Shown: positions 1 through 12,822, counted from the first letter of the stretch. The stretch is DNA of 64,000 nt from Eledone cirrhosa (GCA_964016885.1 OZ024742.1:259160001-259224000), one strand, 5' to 3'. The notes: generated by a model not told the origin, from the letters alone. Program-made: numbers and translations.

Positions 1-508
1 TATTTTTATGTTTAATGAAGTTTGTGAGAGAGACGCTGCGTGACACTGTGACAATGCTGGCAATTTGAATTGCAGATACAACTAGGTGTTTGTCCCTGAG
101 TGGAATGGAGTAACGTGGAATAAAGTAACTTCCTCCAGAACACGTCGTAATCCGAATTCACTATCTGGTGATTGTGAGTTGAACATCCTAATATCTAACG
201 TATGAGTCATAATTCATCCTCCAATTGATCATATAAATAACTTAACAAGCCATCAACTAACAAACGAATATTTAAGCTCACTCAATTCTCGATAAGTAGG
301 GTTAAGTACGGGAGATAATTTCTACTAAATGATTACAGGATGTTACGAGTTAATTTTACAATCTGTTCGTACCGTTATTCGAAAACCAGACACACTCATC
401 TCTTGCGCCGGTTAATGTCCAACAATATAATTTCTGCAAGGTTTGCGAAATATGTGAAGAGATGCAATACGTAATATAACAGCAAGTTTTCTTTACCTTA
501 ATTTACAA

Positions 509-618
509 ATAATTGTTTCTACTTTAGGCACAGGACAAGCAATTATTCCAGTGTATTACTGGTACTTTATTTTATTGACCCAGTAAGGATGAAACGCAAC
601 GTTATCCTCGACGGGAAT
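509..618 (-). mobile_element. SINE family A, 3' part (degenerate)
   Basis: Reverse complement matches the family A body and tail (CATCCTTAC..GGTC.ATAAAATAAAGTACCAGTAAT...GTAGAAACAATTATT) seen in many copies in the window. Confidence 0.8.
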
Positions 619-1055
619 GTTGATAAGTATAGTGGGCGGGTAGAATCCTTTGAGCCTCCAAAAAATGTCTTAAAGTACGTTTTCATTCGGTGTTCCAATC
701 CGAGCAAGGCCCAATTTGGCTTTCAACATTCCGTGTTTGATAAAATAATGCAGTCAAATATTCAAGCAAATGATAAAGTTTTACAGTTCTTAAGGTTGCA
801 AGTTTTGCTCGTTTTCTACATGCGTCACACAGGCGTTTTCTTTTGAGTTTTATCTGTAGAGACTCCTGTCATGTACTAGTGACTTGCTCAAGAACCTATT
901 GAGTAAATAGAAGCATCAGGCTCAACATCCTAAACAGTATGCCATGCCCATTCATGCCAGTAAAGTACTGGAATCGGTTTCATTGACTTCCCCAATCCCA
1001 CATTTCTTTTTTTACTGAATTGGAAATTCTTATTTAATGAATTATATATATTTAT

Positions 1056-1269
1056 AATTAGAAATAGAAGCTTTCGCCGTATTTTTTTAATAGAGAAATT
1101 TTAGCCTGATAATGGGTTTTAGAACCCTCTAAGATATGGAAAAAGATGAGTGTGGACGTAAACGTACGTCCATACTCATCTTTATCCGTTTCTTATACGG
1201 TTCTAGACCCCACTATCAGACTAAATTTTCTTTAGTCAAACAATACGGTGAAAGCTTCTATTTCTAATT
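1056..1269. repeat. Fold-back inverted repeat, ~105-bp arms, 4-nt loop
   Basis: AATTAGAAATAGAAGCTTTCGCCGT...GGACGTA-aacg-TACGTCC...ACGGTGAAAGCTTCTATTTCTAATT; arms are imperfect. Confidence 0.9.
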
Positions 1270-1332
1270 TCGAACTCGCTCGCTGTTTCGAAAACGTACT
1301 TACTTATATATTTATAATTTTGATTAATTAAC

Positions 1333-1374
1333 ACTAATTGTTTCTTTCTTTTTCTTTTTTTCTTTCAGGTAAGT
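1333..1374 (+). other. Candidate recursive splice site (3' splice site directly followed by a 5' splice site)
   Basis: ACTAAT (1333-1338), pure pyrimidine tract 1341-1365, CAG 1366-1368, GTAAGT 1369-1374. Confidence 0.55.
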
Positions 1375-1500
1375 TCATTCTTCTTTTGTTTCAACTTTTC
1401 ACTTCTTTATTGAAAATCCGGTGATATGAAGACCAAGTTGTCCAATCAGGAAAATCAATATATATTCTATGACATAAAGGAATACAGTAAGAAACAGTAC

Positions 1501-1545
<45 letters not shown>

Positions 1546-1799
1546 CTTTTTTTCTATTTCTGCCTCTGGCTCTCCACATCGATTCAATCAATGTTAACTT
1601 TTCTACACTCCATCATATCTTACGACAACATATCTGATGACTACATGGTTGTAATATAAATGATACTGTGTGATTGAAATATATATACATAAGGAGAGAA
1701 AGAGGAGAGGGTAAACAGGTAAAGAGCCCCTTCGGTTACGAATGACGATGAGGTTTGCACCTAGAAAATTCCCTTCTATACATCTTGGCACCAGTGACG

Positions 1800-1945
1800 T
1801 CGTAATTCATTTCTACAGCTGACTGAACTGGAGCAACGTGAAATAAATTGTCTTGCTCTAGAATACAATGGATCACCCGATCCATAATCAAACTCATAAC
1901 CTAACGATTGCAAGACGAATGCTCTAACTACTAAGACACGAGCCT
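1800..1945 (-). mobile_element. SINE family B (tRNA-like head plus GAGCAAGACA..TTATTTCACGTTGCTCCAGTTCA core)
   Basis: Reverse complement gives GTGTCTTAGTAGTTAGAGCATTCG...GAGTTTGATT...GAGCAAGACAATTTATTTCACGTTGCTCCAGTTCAG; related copies at about 60-200, 4228, 9405 and 37195. Confidence 0.7.
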
Positions 1946-2310
1946 TCGAGTATATATAATTCTGTATGTATATATGCATATACATACACAATTATATATA
2001 TACTCGAAGGCTCGTGTCTTAGTAGTTAGAGCATTCGTCTTGTGTATGTGAAATATAGTAACATATGGCTACGGGCACATAATTCAAAATATCCACACAA
2101 GAGATGACACATACATGTATACATAATCACAATTATGTATACATGTATGTGTCATCTATTGTGTGGATATTTTGAATTATGTGCACGTAGCCATATGTTA
2201 CTATATTTCACATACATACACAATTATGTATATATGTATGTGTCATATCTTGTGTGGATATTTTGAATTATGTGCACGTAGCCATATGTTACTATATTTC
2301 ACATACACAC
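1911..2310. repeat. Two adjacent palindromes plus a tandem duplication
   Basis: 1911-2042 is a hairpin centred on TATATGCATATA; a ~88-bp unit at 2041-2128 recurs inverted at 2131-2220 and again at 2223-2308. Confidence 0.9.
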
Positions 2311-2932
2311 ATACGTGTATATGTGCAATAATTACAAATGAAAGTTCTCATATTATTGCAGTTATACTTGCAGTGATACTTTTAATTAGCTTCAACCGGT
2401 TTGTGTGCGTCTCAGTGAGTGTATGATCTTTTCATTTTATTATCTTCAATTTCTCACCAATACAATAATGTTGAAACAAGGCATGTTCATTGAGATTTAG
2501 ACATTAACTGTCAAGTACTGAAATAAATAAGTTTTACAGCTATCTCCTTTGCAGGTTAGCTAACTTTCTACAAGATTGTTTCTCACAAGACGTTTCTTGA
2601 ATGTTTGAAGTGTAGAGCCCCCTGTCGTGTCATGAAATGTAACGTGAATTTATGTATACATACACAATAAGATATCAACTAATTATGTACGCATGTAAGC
2701 ATATCAGTATGCATGTATCTGTGTGTGTATGTATGACGATATAGTGGCCATTGCATGTATGGATTTGAGAATTTTGAATTATATACGTGTACGTATGTGT
2801 AGGTTTCTGAATATGTGCAGTTAATGCATGATATATATGGATGAACATGTTTATGTTTGAATGTGTGTACGATTTACGCGTATGATAGTATGAGTGTGTA
2901 TGTAAGCATAATGTATGAATGTCTGTATAAAG

Positions 2933-2961
<29 letters not shown>

Positions 2962-2966
<5 letters not shown>

Positions 2967-3272
2967 ATAATAAGTTGACGGTACTAGCATAAGGTTTCCC
3001 TGCTAGTACCGGTTGAATCTCAGCGTACACAATAGGTAAGGTTATGTAAAAATCCCAGAGTAGACACAAAGTTACTTGCCCCCAATATAACACATGGGTA
3101 CCATAAATTTATACCCATACTCCCATGTGAGAAAAACCACAGACCCTCCATCTCAACTCTACTGTTAAAAAGCAGAAGAACTGCGAAACCGGTAAAGGAA
3201 CCAAATAAATATATATATTTTTTTTAAATAAGACTCCAGTTGCATTTCCGATTTGATCTTTTTTTCTTTATA
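2962..3272 (+). mobile_element. (TA)n-associated non-coding element, probable Penelope-type terminal repeat
   Basis: 3125-3272 matches 36711-36862 in reverse; contains GCAG-aagaa-CTGC-GAAACCGGT and a downstream AATAAA; begins at a (TA)n tract. Confidence 0.55.
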
Positions 3273-3369
3273 CTTTCACCCGTGTAGGACACCTCGGTTA
3301 TTTTTCATTTTGTAAAAAAAAAATAACTTTCTAATACATACATACATACATACATACATACATACATAA

Positions 3370-3568
3370 GTATGACTGAACTTGGATTTGCGGACAAAAA
3401 GCGCAGCTCCCTAATTCATAGTCTACAAATGGCTGCGATAGCTGGCACCTTCAAAATTTGCAAAGCATTCTTGCGATTCAAGGGATGACAATTTTTTTAT
3501 TTTACAACCTTGCCACCAGGAAGGTGGCCGGTCAAAAAATATATACTCGAAATTAAGAGAAAGAGATA
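3370..3568 (+). mobile_element. 3' end of an R4/Dong-like RLE non-LTR element within (TACA)n
   Basis: 3372-3488 translates MTELGFADKKRSSLIHSLQMAAIAGTFKICKAFLRFKG*, like the LQ..A..GT.(K/R) C-terminus of the ORF ending at 46010; (TACA)n on both sides. Confidence 0.65.
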
Positions 3569-3673
3569 ATACATACATACATACATACATACATACATAC
3601 ATACATACATACATACATACATACATACATACATACATACATACATACATACAAACATACATACATACATACA

Positions 3674-4118
3674 TGGTGGCTGCCAACTCGTTTTCGAGTA
3701 CAGCCACTACTTTATATCCATGTAGGAGAACTCCTACCAATGCGCTGAACGAGTGACTTTTTAGTCCAGCCAGCGACTTGAAAACTCTGGTACAAACACT
3801 ACACTTGTGACAATTATTGACACATAGTGCTGGGCCCATGGTACCATGTGACGACAAGTGCAGAGAGATTTCCAGATATAAAGCAATGCCTGTGCCGTGA
3901 AACTTTTATAGTGAGCAAAGGCACTGCACAAAGCCAGTCCCACTCTCTTAACCAAGATGATATTTACCAAAAAGAAGAACAAGTCAACATCATTGGATAC
4001 CATCAGAGTTGCAGGTGTTATATCAGAGTTTTCCTTCTCCTAGAATTCTGCCTTGACAAAGACTAAGGGGTCATCTCTAAGGGGTCATTTTGGATGGCCA
4101 TTGACTCTTAAGAGCTCC

Positions 4119-4120
<2 letters not shown>
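3674..4120 (-). mobile_element. RTE-type LINE 3' fragment with (TGTA)n tail
   Basis: Minus strand encodes CSVCTRVFKSLAGLKSH (RTE-like C-terminal zinc finger), then a short UTR running into (TGTA)n. Confidence 0.7.
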
Positions 4121-4167
<47 letters not shown>

Positions 4168-4227
4168 GATATATTTCTTTATTAGCCACAGGGGACAAAT
4201 AGATAGATAGATAGATAGATAGATGTA

Positions 4228-4480
4228 AAGCAAGTGGATTCGTGGTTATGGTATCCGAATCGGGATTGCAATGATGTAGGTTCGATACCGGCCGGACCAT
4301 TTTTTTCTTGAGCAAGACACTTTATTTTACGTCGTTCTGGTCTATTCAGTCATTCTCTGGGTCATAATCTGTGTTATGCTGCAACTCTCAGAGAAATGCG
4401 CTAAGAGTACGTGAGTCTGTGGAATGTTCAGCTACTTGCACGTATATGCAGGAGCAGGGTGTGTTGTTGATTGTATAACA
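4228..4480 (+). mobile_element. SINE family B (degenerate)
   Basis: Head with GTGGTTA...GGTTCGATACC (B-box-like), then CTTGAGCAAGACACTTTATTTTACG core and a CTGTGGAATGTTCAGCTACTTGCACG tail. Confidence 0.7.
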
Positions 4481-4586
4481 CCTAACTCTTCAGGCGCCTA
4501 TCACTTCTACCTACATTACTTATTTCCATTTCTATCATTTACACACACAGACAAACACATATTCATATATAAATATATATATATTC

Positions 4587-4905
<319 letters not shown>

Positions 4906-7900
4906 TATGTTTGTATGTGTGAGTATATTTGTGTTTGGTTGTAAATTTACAGCTTTGAAAATAAACAACAAACATTTACTGGCGTGATAGCTCCATACAT
5001 AGCTCCATACATAGCTGAATTGTATTTATTATAGATTATATATGTCTTTGTAAATGGTACTAGCTTTTCTCGACTCGATCACCACAGGACTGGAAATTGT
5101 ATGTAAACTATATATATCATATATTTCAATACGTCTATTTGTACATTCAGTATGATGTGTATTTTCAAAATCAAGATGTTATTAGTACTGAAGAATGCAT
5201 GTTTAAACATAAAATAAAATCGATTCCTACATAATAGTATATCTGTAAGGATGAGAGAGAAAGAAAAAGTACCCGACGTAACGGTTAGTGTGCTTGTGAT
5301 TCCGATTCCCGACGTTGCTATTTATCCTTTTTCACGAAACTTTACTTCATGTTGCACGAATTAATTCAGCTGCAAATATGAGTTTTAAAAGATACTGACT
5401 TGTTGAACACTTTGTCTCGATGAATCGCCCTAAGAATGAAAAGTAAAATGTACACGTGTCTGTGGGATGTTCATTTACTTGCACGTTAATTTTCCAAGCT
5501 GGTTATTCAAGTCATTCGAACGACTGAAACAATCATCTTCGTAAATGACAGAGAGGAAAAATGTGTGTTGTATATATATGGAGATGGTGAAGAGTGTGAG
5601 AGTATGTGTTGTATATATATGGAGACGGAGGGGCAAAATGTATATGTGTGTGCTGTTGTATACATGGAGGTAAAAATTGTGTGTTATATAAATGGGGAGG
5701 GATTTGAAAAGTGAGTGTGTTCTGAGCGTCTGTTGTACATATGGGGATAATTGAATGTTTCGATACAAAACTGCAAGACAAAATAGATGATGGGTGTGAC
5801 ACCCTGTGTTAATGTACATAGTTTGAAGATGACTAAACGTCAGTCTGAATACAGTTTGAAAAACAAATATAATTGGATGGTGTTGGCTGTGACGAAAAAT
5901 TCATATGAAATATCTCGTCTGTTTAAAATTCCAATCAGGGAAAATGCCTAATGAGACAATTTGATCTTTGATCTGATTTGTAGATATATATTTATTTCGT
6001 ATATATCATATAGACTTCTATAAATGTGGGATAGTAACAGAGTAAGATGTAACTTGAAGTGAATTATAAAATAAAACATTAATATTAAAATCGTATTAAA
6101 ATCTCAGCTTTTGTTAATTTATAATAATTCATATTCTTGTGATTAATTCTCATTATGAATAACGAAATTGAAGAACATTATTACTTAGTATGTTACACAA
6201 TAGTGGTCTTCCCAATCTACTGTATTTGGTGTGAGGAGGGCGTTAAGAGACTGATTAATTATCTGAGAAATGATTGGAATATCTATAGAGTTAGAAGTGT
6301 TATATTACAGCAATAAATCATTGACAGACTAATTTTAGCAATAAATATATTAATCCCTCAGTGGGGTTCATAGTAACAAGTTCATCGAGATTGTGATACG
6401 TATAAGTTTATTTCCCACCCTGTGTGCAGGCTTCTTTTCTACCCAATTTTGAAATCCAGCTTTATTAAAAAAAACGCCTATGTTCAAGAATGTTATATGT
6501 CTATTGTTTTGAGGAGGCATAAGTTCAGCTAATCTAGAGGGTGATACAATTAAAGGAACATATAATATCTGTCGGTGATAGATGTCCTGCTCCCAGGAAA
6601 CATTTGGTTTTCTGCCTTAAAGCATTATTTTTATTATGTAAAAAACACATATTTACAGGGAAGATGCATAGATTAATTAGTTGGGGTTTTACAGCTAACC
6701 ATCATAAGGGCGTGAGTCCGATCCCTGGACTGCTTGGGACATTATGTTCTGAAGCAAATCATTTTACTTCACCTTGTCTTTGTTCATTCACCTGGAAATA
6801 AACGAGTTGGACCTGCAGAACAAATGGTCCAGCTGGTTACATTTTATTAGGCACACTCTGCCAAGCTAAATCTCAATGAGAATTGCATTAAGGGTCAGTG
6901 AAATGTCCAGCCACATTGACGTTAATTTCCTGAGCAGTCTGTCGTTTGAATGCTCGAAGCGACGGATATCGAACATATATACCAGTAATTATTGTTTCGG
7001 TAGGGAAATCACCATTTCTCATCCTTCTGTATAACTACTTTCATGCAGATGCTGGTTGTGATATTAACGTCGATAATTGTGTTGAGGTAGCATAGCCATC
7101 ATTGGGTCCGAAGTTCGACATCTCTTGGCTAGGTTTCTTTTACAATAGCCTCAGTTTGATCCTAGCCATGTAAATGATATTGGGTAGAGGGGAAACTGTT
7201 TGGATGCCAGCGGAAAGACTAGCTGCAATTCAAAGGGCCAGCATTGTCACAAACTTTTCCGACGAATCACTGATAAATTGTTTAGACTAACGTGTATCTT
7301 TTGAATGCTCTGTGATTTACAGGCTACATTCACTAGCAGGTTCTTACGTTGATCGTACAATAGGAACACTCTTCGTCGAAGCCATTGAAGTTCCATTCCT
7401 ACCATCATACATGTTATTAAGAGATGAGATGTATTTCAATTGTGTATTGTTGTATTAATATAATGAAATGTCCATGCTTAGAGCTAATATTTTAACTAAT
7501 CTCTTATACTATTGCAATATTTTACTTCAGATCTTAAACATTTCCATATTAAATGCATGCGTGATCAAATACTGGTATAGTCACGTGTGAGGACATATTC
7601 AATTTAAAAGAAAACGTTACTCCTATGCAGGAAATGCATTAAAAATGGTTTTACATGATGTTCCTTACCATAAGCCTACATGGTTATCTAATCTCTTATC
7701 TTAACATGGTTGTGATTAAAATCTAAATAATGTTAACATTCAATTAAATTATAGAGATCTAATACTCATGATATAACATCTTGCTTTCAAAATATACTTT
7801 CCTTATAATATCCTCTTCAATTATTGCTACTATTATAGTCATTGAGTTAAAATTTTGCCGATATCAACGTAACCTTTCGTTCTTCTGGGGTCGATAATAT

Positions 7901-8065
7901 AAAGTACCTGTCAATAATTGTGGTTGATATTGTAGACTTTCTCTCCATTAATATAAAGGTCTCATGCCTAAATTAGGGCAACGTTATATCTAGTATTATA
8001 TAAGGATTCTTCAAATAATTATAGTATTATCGTTACTATACTGATGATGCATAAATATGCGCTGA

Positions 8066-8515
8066 GGCTACGTCATCTCCAGTGTTACCTCATTGGTAAA
8101 CAGGTGTGCTCACAGACTGCTAGGCACATATTTTCACAGCTCTTTGTCAGAGCTGTGGTTCTGGCTCAAGCGACGACCGAAAGTTAGCACTTGGAAACTG
8201 GAATATCTATAAGCGCTTGTAGCTTTAAACCAATCCAGCACGTGGAAACCCCACTTTGGCGTTCTATATATGGTTAGTGGCAGGTAAAAACGGCGAGAGG
8301 GGCACTTGCCAGAACGATCAGGCTGACCGTGGTTTTTTGTGGGCTTTCTCCGCGGTGGGCTTTGGACCCTGAGCATTATTCTTGTTTCGAAATTTTAGGT
8401 TTGTTGTTTTTGATATACATTTTTATACACGAAGAAACACCCATTTTACCTACTGAGCGTCTTTAAAGGTTTCTTAATGTGATCCATGTGTGGCTAATAA
8501 AGAACCCATTATTAT
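8066..8515 (+). mobile_element. Probable non-LTR element 3' end (clade uncertain)
   Basis: GC-richer island ending GTGTGGCTAATAAAGAACCC-ATTATTAT; same GTGGC(T/A)AATAAA end motif as 4170, 16884 and 17187. Confidence 0.35.
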
Positions 8516-8539
8516 CCACATTAATATATGGAGAAAAAG

Positions 8540-9160
8540 AGGTGTCAGATTCCTTAGAGTTCCAGACAGAATTCCTTTTATGTTCTGAGTTCAAGTCACG
8601 CTGAAATTAGTTTTACCTTTCATCTTTACGGGGACGATAAAATAAAGTACCAATAATGCACTGGAGGCAATTTGATCGACTTTCCCCTCCTCAAAAATTG
8701 TGGCCTTGTACCTAAATCAGAAACCATTATTATCATCATCATCATTATTAGGATATGCGGAGAAGGGCATGTCATATTCCTTAGAGTGCCAGACAATATA
8801 CTTTTTACATTCTGAGCTCAAATCACGTCCGAAATTAGCTTTGCTTTCCATCCTTACGTGGTTGATGAAATGAAGTACCTGTAACGTATTGGGGTAGATT
8901 TAATCAACTTTCTCTTCTCCAAAATTGTTGAATGTGTACCTAAATTAAAAAACCATATCATTATCATCATCATCACTAAGATATGAGGAGGGAGAAGTGT
9001 CGTGTTACTTTAGTGTCTGATAAAATTCTCTTTACATTTTGAATTGAAATCCTACACTTACCAAATTCGCATTTCATTTTTCGAAATCATATTTGTGTTG
9101 GTATAATTGACTTTATTTTCATAAATAATTTCTAGCGCCTTGTGTCTGTTTTACAAGCCA
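8540..9160 (+). mobile_element. Three tandem degenerate family A SINEs
   Basis: Repeated CTGAGTTCAA..TTTCATC.TTACG.GG..GAT.AAAT.AAGTACC..CCTAAAT..AAACCAT units, two ending in (ATC)n. Confidence 0.7.
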
Positions 9161-9522
9161 TTTCTATCTATTTAATGTTGAGTGTGCTGAGGTTCTCTGT
9201 TCAAATCCTGCCTACTATATATTAGTATATATCCAGTGTGTAAAATAAAATAAATAAATTTCTACAGTGGTTTTAATATAAAGATAATATGAATGTAAAA
9301 GGTAACGAGCATGTGGAAGGTGCTTTTGTGGAAGACCAGCAGTTTCCTATGTAAAACAACCTCCCATCTCCAGACTGATGTTGCCCAAATGAGAGACATT
9401 GGCAACAGTGACGTCGCAGCTCATTTCACTAGCTGAGTGAACTGAAGCAACGTGAAATAAAGTGTCTTGACCAAAGAGAAACGACGAACCACCACAATGC
9501 TCTAACCAGGAAGGCATGCACC

Positions 9523-9558
<36 letters not shown>

Positions 9559-9822
9559 AAGATTCTTCAAATGTCATTAATAATGCTTTTCATTTTGAAC
9601 AATAGTTTGGGTAACGGTGGAACTATGAAGGTTTCGGAATGTTCCGTCACACCACTACAGATAAAGAATGTAGTGAATATATGTGAAAGTCTGCATGGCA
9701 ATTTGCATGCAAGAATGCATGGTTATACATGCTAAAAATAAAAACAAACGCGCATTTTGTTTTTCATTTCAGTTTCTATTATTTCTCGTATAATTAATCC
9801 CTCCATCAGTTAGTTAATTAAC

Positions 9823-10480
9823 CAATCAGATATCAACTTAAGTATCACAGCTCTTTCATTACACAATATATATCATTATCTGTTTCCACTCCATCCCATA
9901 GGGGCCTTTAGACATAGTGAAATCCAGCCTCGCTCTAGGTTTAAGGACAGCCAATTTCTTCACGAGAAAGAGAAGGAAAAAGGAAAATAGGTCTTAGAAC
10001 AGGATGGGAAAATTAGTTATCCATCCGGAAAGATATAAACCCAGGATGACATCGGCAAGATTTGAAATTAGATTGTAAACATTAAGAACAAATACCACAA
10101 AAAATGGTATCTCACTTTCTAATAACTCAATTAATTTCACGACCATGTGTGTGCACGTATATATATATATATATATATGGAGGCGGTAAAAAAATATATA
10201 TATACAATATATATGTATAAATATGTATATGGAGGCGGTAAAAAACATTTATACCATTAGTCACCAGAGTACTCGATTCATATATATATATATATAGTAA
10301 TAATAATAAATTTGAAGACTAAAATCCAAAGAGGGCTCGATAAGGATAAATATATCTCAAATATATAAGAACCGTAGAGCAATCAGATATCAACTTAAGT
10401 ATCAAAGCTCTTTCATTACACAATATATATCATTATCTGTTTCCACTCCATCCCATAGGGGCGTTTAGACATAGTGAAAT
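9823..10480. repeat. ~101-bp direct repeat (9823-9923 and 10380-10480)
   Basis: CAATCAGATATCAACTTAAGTATC...TTTAGACATAGTGAAAT present twice with about 2 differences. Confidence 0.9.
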
Positions 10481-10661
10481 ATATATACGTTTATTTAATT
10501 ATTTGTATACACGCACACACACACATATTTATATGTGCGTGTATTTGTATACCCATGGCAGTGTTTTTGCGTATGCTTGTGTATGTACGTATTTGGATGC
10601 GTGTATGTATTTATTTAATTTCAATTACCTCTGTATTTTATTTACTTTATTCTTAACTCTG

Positions 10662-11189
10662 AAGCGGAGAATCATTCGGTTTCCTAGTTAGAATTTTAGT
10701 CTATGACTTCAGTTATACCATTTACGTGGTTTTGTCTGTGCGTGCAATTGTTCTCCACGCTCCACATATGACGTATTATCTTCGTTTTTTCCGTTCATTG
10801 CCAGACAACGTCTCTATGAACCACCTAAGAGAATATTAGTCTACGACTTCTTTTATACCATAAACGTGATTCTGTCTTTGCGTGTAATTGTTTTTCACCG
10901 CTCCAAATAATTGTTTCTACGTTTGGCACAAGGCCAGCAATAACCCAATGCATTACTGGTACTTTATTCTATCGAAGGATGAAAGGCAAATAATGACGTA
11001 TTATATTCGTTTTTTCCCGTTCTTTGCCAGGGAACGTTTCCACGAACCATAGTATCGTCTTCCTGTCTTCCTCCGGTTGCAACGTTTTTTGAAATATTCA
11101 CTTCTGCGTTTACAGATTGACTTTGTTAGTTTCAGAAGATCCCGTTAAGGGTGAAAGCAGCGATTCTTTGCTTAAACTTTAATCTGTTA

Positions 11190-11195
<6 letters not shown>
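10662..11195 (+). mobile_element. Interspersed element, probable Penelope-type; homolog of 59641-60097; interrupted by a SINE
   Basis: High similarity to 59641-60097 including an internal ~120-bp duplication; ends in (TA)n; its terminal ~50 bp recur at 56028-56078. Confidence 0.7.
10906..10993 (-). mobile_element. 5'-truncated family A SINE with CAAATAAT TSD
   Basis: The empty site CTCCAAATAATGGCG is visible in the paralog at 59881. Confidence 0.85.
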
Positions 11196-11231
<36 letters not shown>

Positions 11232-11344
11232 TGTGTGTATTGAGTGCTCGCGATTGATATATATGTGTGTGTGTATATATGTGTGTATATTTGTGTGTGG
11301 ATATACCTTTGAGTGTGTGTGTGTACCCGTGCATGTGTGAGCGC

Positions 11345-11415
<71 letters not shown>

Positions 11416-12707
11416 TATACATGTTTCTGTGTGAGTATATATACACTCACATACATATAAAGAGACAAAGGGTGAGAATGATAAACTATTAGCTCTCTAT
11501 TTTGTGATAATAATCCGAAAGATAACATCACAGCTATCGGTTATGATGCAAGTTCTATCCTGTTTTACTCTAATTCACGATAGTGAGGTTATCGAGTTTA
11601 ATTTTCTCCCCCTTTATTCTTATATTTGTACTTGTAATACACGTATTATTTTAGATTCTATTCTTTCATGTATTCACTAAATGTATGTATACAAATTTTG
11701 GATTGTGTATATTTTGTTTTTATTATATGATACTGAATCGTTTATAGTTCTATCTAATTAATTTCTAATATGTGACTGTTTATGAATTCTTCTACATTAA
11801 AGGTTTATCGTGAAGTTTAGTTAGTGTATTGTTATATCCCATTTTCTATTTGAATTGAAACAAAGTGTTAATGTATAAGATGCGTGTGAAAAAAAAATGG
11901 ATAAAATATCTCATGCGAGTTAATGGCGTGCATTGAATTGCATCAGAAGACGGAAGATTGACGAGAACATTGTCAATATAAAAGACCATTTCTTGCTTCA
12001 ATGAAAAAGTAATTGAAACTATTGGAGACGCTTCATTTTTGTATTAAAAATTTAAAAAAATAGCGAGAAAACATAGGACGTAATTAGAAGTGACTTAAAT
12101 AATCTGCGGTATTACTCGGGAGGAAAAAAGGCACTGGATTAGTGGGTCTCGTACAGCATGTGAATCGTGGGAGTTCTACAGGACGATTAGAATAGAAAGA
12201 AAGGGGGATGATGGTCAAGATTGGAGTGCCATTAAAAAATATGGGCACAAGTAAAACAGGGATAATAAAAAAGGTTATATAGTGATGGCTGGCGTGCAAG
12301 ATATAGAAAGATGGGATCATGGTCCCAGATGGCATTGTAAGAGTCTGGAAAAGATCTCTGTTGGTTTCGACAATGGGAGTTCTTGTGCTTTGTACAATAA
12401 TCTGTTATTTATGTGGCAATCGGTGTTCGTCCACACAATCTCCCTCAAAAGGTATGAATATTGCAAGTTGTTCCGAAATAGGATCGAACACTGGAACTAA
12501 TGTTTGCTAAGATAACTCTTTAATCACTCTGTCGAGCTATGTCCACTGTGGTCTCCTGTTCTATACAGGTATAACCGATAAGAAAAACTAAAACCTGGAA
12601 GTATTTTGCATACATAAATATGTACACATATACAGCTTTCACACACACATACACATATATATATATACACGTAGACAGTTACACACATATGTTGTATATA
12701 TATATAG

Positions 12708-12762
<55 letters not shown>

Positions 12763-12773
12763 ATGTGTGTGTG

Positions 12774-12822
<49 letters not shown>

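Noticed and set aside
7490-7580. Acceptor-like site (also at about 63268) suggesting small host exons
   Set aside because: No strong donor or recognisable coding sequence; cannot be supported without RNA data.
8036-8066. CTGATGAT-GCAT-aaat-ATGC partial hammerhead
   Set aside because: GAAA and the cleavage-site half are missing.
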